Of a stretch of DNA of 64,000 nt, positions 25,268 to 37,900 are shown piece after piece (within the stretch, counting starts at the first letter, position 1; each line of letters begins with the position of its first letter). Position numbers and translations under genes: made by a program. A model generated the notes under the pieces. The model saw nothing but the letters and a program-made list of their open reading frames with translations, searched no databases and was not told where the DNA came from. The DNA comes from Tubulanus polymorphus (taxonomy: Eukaryota; Animalia; Nemertea): NCBI RefSeq assembly GCF_964204645.1, contig NC_134029.1:12860850-12924849 (forward strand), read 5' to 3'.

Positions 25268-27193
25268 TGGGGAAAGCAGGAGCCACAACAGTGGAGTTGA
25301 CAAACCTTTTTTACAACAGATAATCCTCGAGTTTTAGTATTTTTGACGAATGAATCCTTTTCCCGGGGAAGCTGCAGTTTAGGGCAGCTCCTTCTTTACT
25401 TCACTCCCCGAAGTAAGGTGACCCGGGACGGACCCCGTAGCGGACGCCTACGGATTTGGACCACGCTACTACCCAAATCCGCTACACAGACAGCAAGTTG
25501 GGACAGTCAAATTAAGAGATTTGGTCAAGACAAGTTACTCAGATCACACTGGAAATTCGCAATATCCTCTCTCCTCATGGACCACTCAATGTCAATGTTG
25601 ACTTTGCTAGAAATCGATAATAGAATTCATCACGACCAATTCTTTTTCACTGAATTCAATATTTATTGTTCCCTTCTGGTACAAAATCTTGTTCAGCCCC
25701 TGACAAGAGAATAAGCAATTGACAAGGGAATAAACAATGACACTACGTATTTCATGACATAGAACAGTAGTTTTTATTTCATCAACAAATTGGGACGATC
25801 CTGATATCCCTGATTTGAATGATAGTGTCTTTAGAATCATAAAGACCATGTCTCGACCAGACAGATAATCCAATCACAATTCAAATTGAAGGCTCGCTAG
25901 TGCAGTTATTCACAGAATCCAGCTCTTTAAACCTCATCAGTTTATCAGATCGTGAGCAGTGGAGAAATACAGTACACAACGGCGCAGCGGCGCTTACTGA
26001 TGTAACTGATGATGAGTTTATCAGAATCAAGGAGTTTCACCGCCTGTTATTTGGAATCTCATTTCATGACAGCTAGTGCTGATTCTTTATTCTCTTTGAT
26101 TACTGCATGATGTTATCATTCTGAAATTAAAATACATATCACACTTACAATTAAACCCGGATTGACTTTACAATTAATGGTTCAGAATCCATTTTTCAAA
26201 CTTACCTTGAGGCATTGCAATCTATTCTTTTCATGTCGAGCTAATTTGATACGCATTACTTCAATTTCTTAAAACATCCAACGAGTTGTGACTCACAAAA
26301 TCATCACTAAAAGTAAAACGCACACAATAATCTACAATAGATAATCAATATAGTGTTTGTGAAATAGCACTCACATTCAATGTTCACATTTTTACGAAGT
26401 AAGTAGGTGAAGTTACCTTGTTGATGTCATTATTTTTACTGGATCAACTGATGTCCAATGTCACATTAAGAACAATCAATCAATCGCCTCGAGTGAACAA
26501 ACAAGTAGCCTCTGCTGCAAGGTTCAGTATGTCAGTAGTGGTATAGTAGTATTGTATGTATATTGCTGTTTCCATCCACTACAGTCCAAATTGCTGTTTG
26601 ACGACCGGTAGGTTTTGACGGCGCTGTCACGCAGCCATCCTGAATTGAATACCGATATTTTCGGTACCACACGCTAAACAAAAGCCTGCAGAAGCGTTAC
26701 CCGGCAGTTTTAATGGAATTTCTTTCTTCATTGGTATAAAAAATGACTTTAAAGAGGTCCATGGAACGTAAATCGAGACACAGTGTAGGGAAATGTTACA
26801 TTGTTCACGTGATGAAATACTGAAATCTGATTGGATCCGTAAAATCCGCGGAAGATGGCGGACGGCAAAACCTAGACTGGTTGCCGGTCTCTACCTTCAG
26901 TTAGAGACCGGTTGATCCCATCCTCCATTTTACATTTTCGATGCATGTCAAACATGTCAGTATCGAGTTACTTCCGGGTTAAAATGGCGTCTCATCGAAA
27001 CTAAGAGTAATATCAAAATCGCACTGGAATGATTGATTACAGTAAATCAGCTGATAATCTATGAATCATAAATGTAATCAGCAAACAAACGGAAATTTAA
27101 AGACCGAAGAAAAGGCATTAATTGCAGTGAGTATCGAATTAATCCGCTGATATTACTCGGAATTCAAATAGCCACTAATGAATTGATACTTAT

Positions 27194-30100
27194 TGTTGCG
27201 GCAAATGCGCCCTCTATGTATCGTTGTGGGTGATTTCGTGTGTTTTGGACGGGTTTTGTTGGAAATTAGTACGACCTAAGATTGCCGAGAAGATTAATTT
27301 TGAAACCGTCTTCTTAGAATCTAGTTAAAGCTTGTTATTATAAAAAAGTTAAGATGTCAAACAATTCGGTGAGTTTTAATTGCTTCATCTATATTTTTGA
27401 TGACCTTGTATTTATCTAAGGTGTGTATTAGGGTTTTTTTGTACATCCTCGTGGCTACTAAGCCGCCGCCATCTTGAATAATATTTCCGAAGGTTCGTTT
27501 TTGGTTTTTTTTAACAGGCTTGGAAAGACAGCTATCTCAATTATTGTATATGATTAATATTGTACTTTAAACTAAAACTCGTACATTGTTCTACTGTCGT
27601 CTCCACAGCTCTCTGGGCGTAGTGTTTAAATTATGGAATTTGTCTTACAATGTTTCTTAAGATATTGTTCTCAAAATAGCATTATTTTGTATTTTTCAGT
27701 CAATCGTTTTATTAGTAAATAAACGCATTAATGAACGTTTGTCAATATAATGAAGAAGTTTGGTTCAATTGATCTATCTCGACATAATTGACGAATTTGG
27801 CTACAAAGTGAAAGTAAAGAAAAGAAACCAGTGAAAGATAAGATGCAGTCATTCGGTCTAGAAGTACTTGCGGAAGCAGCACAAATGAGATAAGAGATAA
27901 TAGATAAGCCAGAAGAAGCCCTCAGCTTAAGAAGTGGAGCCTCATCATGTCACTCCTCGTCGTCTGCTTCCCTGAAAATGCGTATGCAGCTCGCAGCAAA
28001 GGCGGCGAGACATGAAACAGAGTTAAAATTCCTACGTTTTGAATCTGAAAAGAAATTTAAGAAACTCAAAGAAGAAGAGGAAATACGGCAGATGACGTTA
28101 CGTAAGGAGCTTGCCTGTGCACAAGCCGAACTGAACGCCATAGAAACTATCGTATCAGAGGGTCATCGTAGCCAGGCAAGATCGATCAAAAGCAGCGAGA
28201 AGGTACAGCAATGGCTTACATCGGACCATCAGCTGTTCGACTCATTAGAAAGGGAAGATAAGGCACTAGTAAAAACTCCTCTAGAGCCCCAGAGAGTAGA
28301 ATTAAGAACTTTAGAACATACGAAAGACACACTCAGTAACTGTCAGAACTATCGATCTTACGACGATCAAGTGCCTGATACAAGTCTGGAAAATGTCGTT
28401 AATTCGAAATTAACGCATACAGCGCCTACGTTCACTCCGTTTGTAGATGACAGCCGTATAGAAAATATTAGCAATAATATCATCCCCGCCAAACAGATTA
28501 CTCCAGTAGCCATTACCTCCGAATTAAGTTCTGTTGTGCGGTATTTGAATCGACCCAACTCCGAAATAGCGAAGTTTGGAGGCGATCCGACCCAGTACAG
28601 GAAGGTCATCAGACAGTTTAACAGTAGGATCGTCAGCAATACGGAAGAACCAAAAGAACTGATAGGATTCCTGGAACAGTACACTACAGGGGAACCGAAC
28701 AAGATCGTTTCAGGATTCGCTCAGCTGGACGCGGTTCAAGGGTATAATGCTGCTATGACCGAATTGGAAGAAAGATACGGTGATGCCGAAGTAATCGCGA
28801 CGGCGTACGTAAACAAGGCATTAAAGTGGCCACCATTTAAAGCCGATAACCCAAAATCACTCGACGACTACTCCTTATTCCTAATGGAGTGTAATAACGC
28901 TATCAAGGCCAACGCTAATGGCATCCGGCTACTCGAATTTCCAGAGAATATGAAACGTCTGGTTGGGAAGTTATCGTTCCATCTCCATGATAGATGGCGA
29001 AACATAGTACTTACCAACAAGGAGAGGTCGCGACCTTCAACATTTGAGACACTGGTAGATTTTGTTAAAAGAGAGGCTAAGAAAGCTATTGATCCTGTCT
29101 ATGGTCGCGCTGCTCTCTCCCATATAGTACCAAGCTCGAGCGTGGACAAGAATAGACTCAGGAGACCGACGACTTTCCCAGCGGCCAGCACTCAGACATC
29201 CTCAGATCAGAAGAAGAGAACCTGTTCCTTGTGTCAAAAACCAGGACATCAGATAGGATCCTGTTTTAAATTTGCAGACAAACCGCTAAATGAGAAGAGA
29301 GAGATTTTTCAAGCCAAAGGACTTTGTTTTGGTTGCGGTCAATCTGGCCACATTGCTGCCAAATGCACCGACCGGATGAAATGTGCCAAATGTGGAAAAC
29401 AACATCTAACTTCATTCCACAGCGAGACGCCAAGCATACCAAAGGAACCAAAAGAACCTCCGCCGAAGCTGAATGAAGACGAACCACCAAAGTGGAGCAA
29501 CTATCTCCGTCGATACAGAAAACATACACGGTACCATGGCAATCATTCCAGTTCGTCTCCGGCTTAAAGGTGGTATCAAAGAAATAGAAACCTATTGCTT
29601 CCTAGATCCAGGTAGCTCGATATCGTTTTGTCGAACCGACCTCGTAGAAGAACTAGGAGCTAGTAAGAAACCTCAACGTCTAAACATTGGAACTGCTAAT
29701 CATCCTGATGGTAAACCAGTAAAGACTAACAAAGTAAACCAGTAAACCGAACATGGAACACTGAAGAGTCGGATTTGAAATTCATAGAGTCCAGGTTAAA
29801 AGAAACATTTAACTTCGATTTTCCGGAGAAAAGAATAAATGATAAAAGGGAGTGGTCACATGAAGACCAGGAATTCATGAATACAATTCAGAAACGCATC
29901 ACATTTAGAGACGGACACTATGAGATCCCACTGCCGCTTAAAAGCAACGTAAAGCTCCCATGTAACAAGTCGCTGGCAGTATCATGTCTGAACAGTCTTA
30001 AAAGAAAATTACTTAATGACGAAAAACTATGTAACGAATACAATGAATTCATGAATAAAATAATCGAGAAAGGATTTGCTGAAATCGTACCGGCTGATGA

Positions 30101-33100
30101 GATGGAGAACGAGAACTCTTGGTACTTGCCACACCACGCCGTTCGCCACCCGAGGAAACAGAAATTACGTGTTGTCTTCAATGGAGCGGCTAAGTACCAA
30201 GGCGTGTGTCTAAACGATGCGCTAATGCAGGGACCAGACCTGACGAACAATTTAATCGGCGTCTTACTACGATTCCGACAGTGGCCCGTGGCAGTGTCTG
30301 CAGATATAGAGTCAATGTTTTATCAGGTGCGGGTTCCAAAGGAAGATTCGAATTTGTTAAGATTCCTGTGGTGGAAAGACGGAAGATTAGATACAGAACC
30401 TATATGCTACCGAATGGTCGTCCACATATTTGGAAGTGTTTCTTCCCCCACATGCGCTAACTTGGCCTTAAGGGCTACAGCAGAAAATCCCGACGATCAT
30501 TACGATACTGAATCTCGTCAGACCATCCTCAAGTCGTTCTATGTAGATGACTGTATCAAATCCTTTAAGTCTGACCAGAGAGCAACAGAAGTACTCAGCG
30601 ATACTAAGGAGATTTGCGCTGACGGTGGATTTCGGTTACACAAGATCCTAAGCAACAGTCGGGATGTGATGGAATCCTTCTCCAGTGAGGAATGGCATAA
30701 AGTAGATCTAGACCTAGAACAACAACTGCCCACCGAACGTGCTTTGGGCGTGTCTTGGGACCTAGAAACGGACAATTTAACGTTCCAGATCTCAATAGAT
30801 AATAACAAGCCTATCACACGAAGAGGCATATTGTCAACAGTCAGCGCTGTCTATGACCCGCTAGGACTAGCCAGCCCGCCAAGATATTGATACTTGCCTG
30901 CCAAGATATTGCTGCAAGAACTGAGCAACCATGGTTGGGATGAAGAGGTCAGCGAAGCACAAAGAATCAGATTCACAACCTGGTTAGAGAATCTCGCTAC
31001 TCTAGAAGAAATAAAGGTGCCTAGATCCCTCACAACTAGCTGTGAAAATTCGACAAAACACGAACTGCACTATTTTTCGGATGCCAGTGAGAGTGGCTAT
31101 GGTGTGGTATGTTATTTAAGATCAGTAGCCATCAGCGGTGAAACAAACTGTACATTTATGATGTCGAAATCGAGAGTATCACCTTTAAAAAAGATCACGA
31201 TTCCGCGCCTAGAACTTACGGCAGCTGCGATTGCAGTTCGAATGAACACAGCGATTCAAAAGGAAATCGAGTTAGAGATCAGCGATGTTAAGTACTGGAC
31301 AGACAGCAAAACTGTATTGAAATACATATGTAACGACACAGCCAGATACCAGACATTCGTAGCCAATCGAGTGAACACGATCAGAGAAGGCAGTAATAAA
31401 GAACAATGGAGATACGTTCCATCTTCACTGAATCCGGCAGACTTGGCCTCCCGTGGCGTCAGTCCAGGAAATACTAGTTTATCAGAGAGATGGTTCAGCG
31501 GTCCAGCATACCTGTACCAGGCTGAGACCAGTAGATTCGATAGATAGATCCACTTGTGACGACGACGTCGAAATAAAGAAAACCAACATGGTGGGATCAA
31601 CTATTAGCAAAGATGAACCAGTCCACCCTATAGAGCGGTTAGCCGGACATTATTCATGTTGGTGGAAGCTTAAACGAGCTGTGGCTTGGTTGATCCAGTG
31701 TAAAAGGGCGACTTCGCAACAAAGTTCTTGGCTCCGATAGGCCTTCTGGCGTAAAAATGTATCTTACACCGACCATGTTGGACGAAGCGGAGGAAAATAT
31801 CGTGAAGTATGTTCAGAAATCTAGCTTAGGAACGGATGTCACAAACCTGTCCAGTGAGCTTAGTCGTGTTACAAAAAGAAGTCCGTTGCACAATCTGGAT
31901 CCTTATATGAAAGATGATATTATTCGTGTTGGTGGGCGACTTAGCCGTGCATCCATTCCTTACCAGGAAAAGCACCAGATTGTCCTCCCTAAGTACCACC
32001 GCGTATCTAGTTTGATTATTGAAGATGCTCATAAAGCCACAGGTCATATGGGTAAAAACGCTATCTTAGCGTACATCAGAAAGAAATTTTGGATTATTCA
32101 TGCGGGAGGTATGATCAAGTCAATTACGTCTAAATGCGTTGCATGTAGAAAATACAACGGAAAGAAGGCTAACCAGAAGATGGCTGACGTGCCAATCGAT
32201 CGGCTCGCATTCGATCAGCCTCCATTTACGAACACGGGGATTGACTATTTCGGTCCGATCGACATTAAAAGGGGTCGAAGTAGTGTCAAACGATATGGAG
32301 TCGTGTTTACATGCATGACCTGCAGAGCTATACATCTCGAGTCTGCGTCTTCTCTCGAGACGGACGCATGTATAAACGCGATAAGAAGATTTATAGCTCG
32401 CAGAGGTGCGGTTAAGCGAATTCGATCCGACAACGGCACAAATTTGGTCGGCGCTAAATCCGAAATGAAACGTGCGTTAGACGACCTCGATCAAGAAAAA
32501 CTTACTCGGTTTTGTTCAAAGAATAGTGTAGAATGGGTTTTTAATCCCCCGCTCGCGTCTCACTTCGGAGGCATTTGGGAGCGAATGATTAGAGCGGTGA
32601 GAAAGATCCTGTTTCACCTGCTACGCGATCAATCGGAAAGTGTGGACGACGAGTTGCTGAATACCGTTCTCTGCGAAGCGGAGATGATTTTGAACAATCG
32701 CCCCCTGTACGAGCTGGAGAGTGGCAACCCGAATGATCCCCAGCCACTGACTCCCAACCATTTGTTGTTAGTGCAGTCGAAATCGGATTTTCCTGTTGGA
32801 ACATTTAAGAGAGAAGACAGGTATTCCGTACGTAGGTGGCGTCAAGTACAGTATTTGGCCCAGATGTTCTGGAAAAGGTGGGCAGAAGAGTACATGCATA
32901 CTCTCCAAGTTCGGTCTAAGTGGAATCGATCCCGCCGAAACGTAACCGTGGGTGACGTAGTGCTCATAGTGGACACTGGGCAACGGAGTTCGTGGGTAGC
33001 CGGTCGCGTAACAAGTGTCGAATGCGATCGTAAAGGATTCGTACGAGCCGCCTCCATTAAAACCCAAACCAGCAATTTCCGTCGACCCGTAGATACATTG

Positions 33101-34292
33101 TGTGTTTTGGTCGAGGCTGCGGTAAAATAATCCTTCTAACCTGACAATCTAATGATCCAGTAACGTTTTATTATATAAGTAGACATATAATTAGCACCGG
33201 TTTTAAATAGCTCATATATTGACTTTATTGAGAGCTATCAAGTTAGTGATTATTAGATTAGAACTCTGTATTGTGACCTGTTATCAGATTTATTATTCTA
33301 ACATGTGCACTCAGCACATAGTAGTTTTTAGTTAGTTCGAGTTAGGTATATATCCTAAAATTCTGTCGAAGTAATTATTTGTCTAGAGACTCCTTTTATA
33401 GAATACTTTTGAGAGTTTTATAGAATACTTTTGAGAGTTATGTAGGCTCATCATAATTAATGTGCTAATGCTTATGGTAATTAAGGCTATGGTGTAATTT
33501 TGTATTAAGATACTTCTTATCTATGAACGTTAACTTTTATAGCTAAAGCCGTTTGGCTTAAATTTTTTTTTCTCAATGTATATAGTTTAAGTTTAAGTGT
33601 ACTATTACACATTCTGTACTAGACGCATTTACCTATTGTTTGTTTGTCATAGGTGATTTCCTATTGGAGGGGTGGTATGTTGCGGCAAATGCGCCCTCTA
33701 TGTATCTTTGTGGGTAATTTCGTGTGTTTTGGACGGGTTTTGTTGGAAATTAGTACGACCTAAGATGGCCGAGAAGATTAATTTTGAAACCGTCTTCTTA
33801 GAATCTAGTTAAAGCTTGTTATTATAAAAAAGTTAAGATGTCAAACAATTCGGTGAGTTTTAATTGCTTTATCACTACATAGAGAAATTATTCATCTATA
33901 TTTCTGATGACCTTGTATTTATCTAAGGTGTGTATTAGGGTTTTTTTGTACATCCTCGTGGCTACTAAGCCGCCGCCATCTTGAATAATATTTCCGAAGG
34001 TTCGTTTTTGGTTATTTTTAACAGGCTTGGAAAGACAATTATCTCAATTATTGTATATGATTAATATTGTACTTTAAACTAAAACTCGTACATTGTTCTA
34101 CTGTCGTCTCCACAGCTCTCTGGGCGTAGTGTTTAAAATTATGGAATTTGTCTTACAATGTTTCTTAAGATATTGTTCTCAAAATAGCATTATTTTGTAT
34201 TTTTCAGTCAATCGTTTTATTAGTAAATAAACGCATTAATGAACGTTTGTCAATATAAAGAAGAAGTTTGGGTCAATTGATCTATCTCGACA
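27194..34292 (+). mobile_element. BEL/Pao LTR retrotransposon 1
   Basis: LTRs 27194-27784 and 33678-34292 (3' copy has a 23-bp insertion); TSD CTTAT; PPT ggaggggtgg. Confidence 0.96.
27843..33130 (+). pseudogene. BEL/Pao 1 gag-pol with several stops/frameshifts and a deletion in the protease region
   Basis: Triple Cys/His knuckles, LDPGS, YLPHH, QGPDL, FYVDD, FSDAS, IPRLEL, NPADLASRG, IRSDNGTN, GGIWERMI. Confidence 0.92.
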
Positions 34293-34997
34293 CTTATTAA
34301 TTTTGTAGGTAAGAAAAAGGGATCAGCTGTGATAGACATTCTGAGGGAACTTGGCTGAAGGGTGACATGGTTTCTTTGTCAACCATATGTAAAATATTCA
34401 CTCTGATGATGTGAAAATGACTAAAGTCTGAATAAAGTTTACAATAGTTGAACTCCTTGTCAGTTTTTTTTATATCGGATATTTGGATCCAACGCTGCAT
34501 CTCTACATTTATTCCTTATGACACAGACAGCAAGTTGGGATAGACCAGTTATTCAGATCAACTGGATATTTGCAATATTTTCCTCTCCTCATGGACCATA
34601 CATGATTTTTGCTAGAAATTGAGTATCAAATCCATCACGACAACCTCTTTTTTACTGGCAATTCTATATTTATTGTCCACTATCTAGTACAAAATCTTAT
34701 TCAATATGCAGACTGCCTGATAAGACGGTGACATACGTATTTTGTGACAGCAAATTGTGTGTGACAACAGAATGACACTGATATCTCTAACTTAACTCGA
34801 ATCACAAAGACCAAGTCTTGACCAGAAAGTAGGTCTCAATCCAATCTCAATTCCAATTGCATGCTCGCTCGTGTAGTAATCTCTTTGATTCGTGATTGAG
34901 GTTACTTTCTGAAATTAAACCGATATACATATACTAACAATTAAACCTGGATTGAGTTTTCAATTCATGTTTCATCCGTTTTTCAAACTTACCATGA

Positions 34998-37900
34998 TGT
35001 AGATTGAGAGTCATCAATAAATCTAATAACCATAAGTCAGATATTCATAATGCGTTGTCTTTTCTTTATTCCGTTTTCAACGATTACTGTAAGATACAAA
35101 ATAAGGAATACTAAATTTCAGGCATTTAAACCAGCAGGTGCTGCCACCTTTACTCACATGCCAGAGTAAGCTCTCACAGAAAATCATGATTTATGCCAAT
35201 TTATAAGGCATAATAATAGAATTACAAATTTGCACATTAACAATACATCTCTAAGGCAATTGATAAGTCGAATGACAAAATGTAATATGCTTAATTCTCT
35301 CTAGAAATAATGCACCGAAACTTCACAACAATCCAAAATTGAACATGGCGCCGGGCGGAAGTTAAATCGCGTCCACGAGGAAACAATTAAAACCATTATT
35401 ATGCACTTTATAGAGTAAATAGCACTTACACAAATAACTAAAACTATGCATTGACAATTAAACTAAAATAATAAAAAGCTTACCGAAACATTTGACCTTC
35501 TTAAGGAACTAAAATTGACTTCAACTACAGAACTGTTTCAGACTTGTTACATCATTGCGCATGCGCAAGTATCTCTCGGTCATGCTAATAACCGAAAAAA
35601 AATTTCTAAACTCCAGAACAACAGAGCGGGCGGGATTTGACCGTAACATACCAGCCCCTCAATAGGACGATAACCTATGACAATCCTTATAAACGGTCAA
35701 ATACTTCCGTTACATAACATTCAAAATTTTACACAATATTCATGACTCAACTATGAACAAACATATAAGACTCCACTAAACTTTGTGAACATAAACTTTA
35801 ACTGAAATATTACAACTGAAATATAATCAGCTTTCAATTAAGTCTACTGCTATGGATTACCTAACTCTCTAAACTTATAATGATTGTAATAAGATCAGTT
35901 ACAAAGTACTGAAGTAATACTATAATTAACTAAACTTTATGCCTTAAACACAAGCAATTTGCTTTTAAAAATATACCATTTACTAAATTATATGAAATAT
36001 TGATCAATAATGTTACTTAGATGCACCACTTTAGTGCCGTATTAGTTCACAACCAATATTAACGATTTTAACCACTTAAAGCTTTACACAGCATGACTTC
36101 TATATTTTAGAATTAACTAACTATTTACGACGAATCTACTTCCAAAAGTACACATAACTTATCAACCGGCCGTCTAAATTCACTGGCCGAGGTTTTACCT
36201 GTAGCAGCTCGGACCAAACCTTTTGAATCTAGCTCGACACAAGAGACGATACCACGAACCCACGAATTTCTAATACTTGAGTCTACGATTAACACAACGT
36301 CCCCTACAGCTACATTCTTTCTCGTGCGATTCCACGTGGACCGTATTTGTAACAATTTCATATATTCATCGGACCAACGTTTCCAGAATACTGAAGCCAT
36401 ATACTGAACTTGACGCCATCTTCGGTTTGCGTAAGAGTCTTTTCGGTCAAAAACTCCTATCGGTAGATCTGATTTTGGCTCCAGAAGTAACAAGTGGTTC
36501 GGAGTCAATGGCTTAGGGTCGTTAGGGTTATTACTCTCGAAGTCGTAGAGAGGACGATTGTTCACAATCATCTCCGATTCACATAAAATCGTATTTAACA
36601 TCTCATCGTTCAGGCTTTTCGACTGATCACGCATCAGATGAAATAGAATTTTTCCCACAGTCCTTATCATCCGTTCCCATATGCCACCAAAGTGGCTAGC
36701 AAGGGGCGGATTGGAATCCCACTCAATGTCATGTTTGGCACAGAATTTAGAGATTTTTTCCTGGTCGAGAGTTGTTAACGCCTGCTTCAAGTCATTCTGC
36801 GCGCCAACTAAATTACTACCATTATCTGAGCCAATGTGTTTCACCGCGCCTCTTCTAGCTATAAACCTTCTTATAGCGTTCACACAGGAATCAGTTTCTA
36901 ATGAATTGGCTGACTCGAGGTGAATTGCTCGGCTAGTCATGCACGTTAAAACCACTCCATACCTCTCCACCTTACTTCGACCGGACTTAATTTCTATAGG
37001 ACCAAAGTAATCTATACCAGTGTTGGCGAAAGGTGGCTTATCGACAGCCAAACGCTCCTCCGGGACATCGGCCATTTTTTGTTTACCCGGTTTTCCATGA
37101 TATTCTCGACACGACACACATTTATCAGTTATCGATTTTATCTTGCCGGTAGCGTGTGTGATCCAGAATCTTTTTCTAATATACGCCATAATTGAGTTCT
37201 TTCCAAGGTGACCTACGGCTCGATGAGCATCCTCTATAATGAGAACCGATACTCGCACTTGTTTTGGTAATATGATTTGATGCTTCTCGTCGAATGGTAT
37301 TGATGCACGACTAATTCGTCCACCGACTCGGATCAAACCATCTTTTATGTACGGATCTAGTCTATACAACGGACTGTCTTTTGTAACATACGGATTTTTA
37401 TGGTTTAGGGTTATCATTTCCTTTGGGAAACTATTCTTCTGAACATGTTGGATTATACGATTTTCGGCCTCGTTGAGCATCACCGGTGTGAGATATCGTT
37501 TATAACTATTAACAGTTCCTTTAACTTTATCTCGTAGTCTTCGTACGCACTGAATCCACCACGCGACGGATCTTTTGAACTTCTGCCAGCACGAAAAACG
37601 ATCGGCTAACTTTTCGATAGGGTGTATTGGTTTTAATGTGGCTGAATTCACTACGATTACATTCCTTTTAACTTCTACATCGTCGTCCGGTAATGTTCTA
37701 TCTGACGAATCTGTTGGCCAGTCGTCTACGTTTAAATTGAGGAAATCTGGCCCGCGAAACCAAAATTCATTTGCCACCGTCGACTTCGAAGGATTGATAC
37801 CTCTTGATGCATAATCGGCCGGGTTCTCGCTTGTCCGAACGTATCTCCATTGATCAACTTGACTACCTTCTCGTATGATGTTAACCCGGTTCGCCACGAA

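Larger units (their letters stand above)
8213..25486 (+). mobile_element. Gypsy/Ty3 LTR retrotransposon A with about 2-kb LTRs; 3' LTR interrupted by Gypsy B
   Basis: TGTAGCG...CGCTACA termini; 4-bp TSD CAGA (8209-8212, 25487-25490); primer-binding site (PBS), gag, PR-RT-RH-IN order, polypurine tract (PPT) gggctagagggggg before 16442. Confidence 0.97.
16442..25486 (+). repeat. Gypsy A 3' LTR, split into 16442-18072 and 25264-25486
   Basis: Matches the 5' LTR; lacks the equivalent of 9851-9975 at the insertion junction. Confidence 0.93.
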
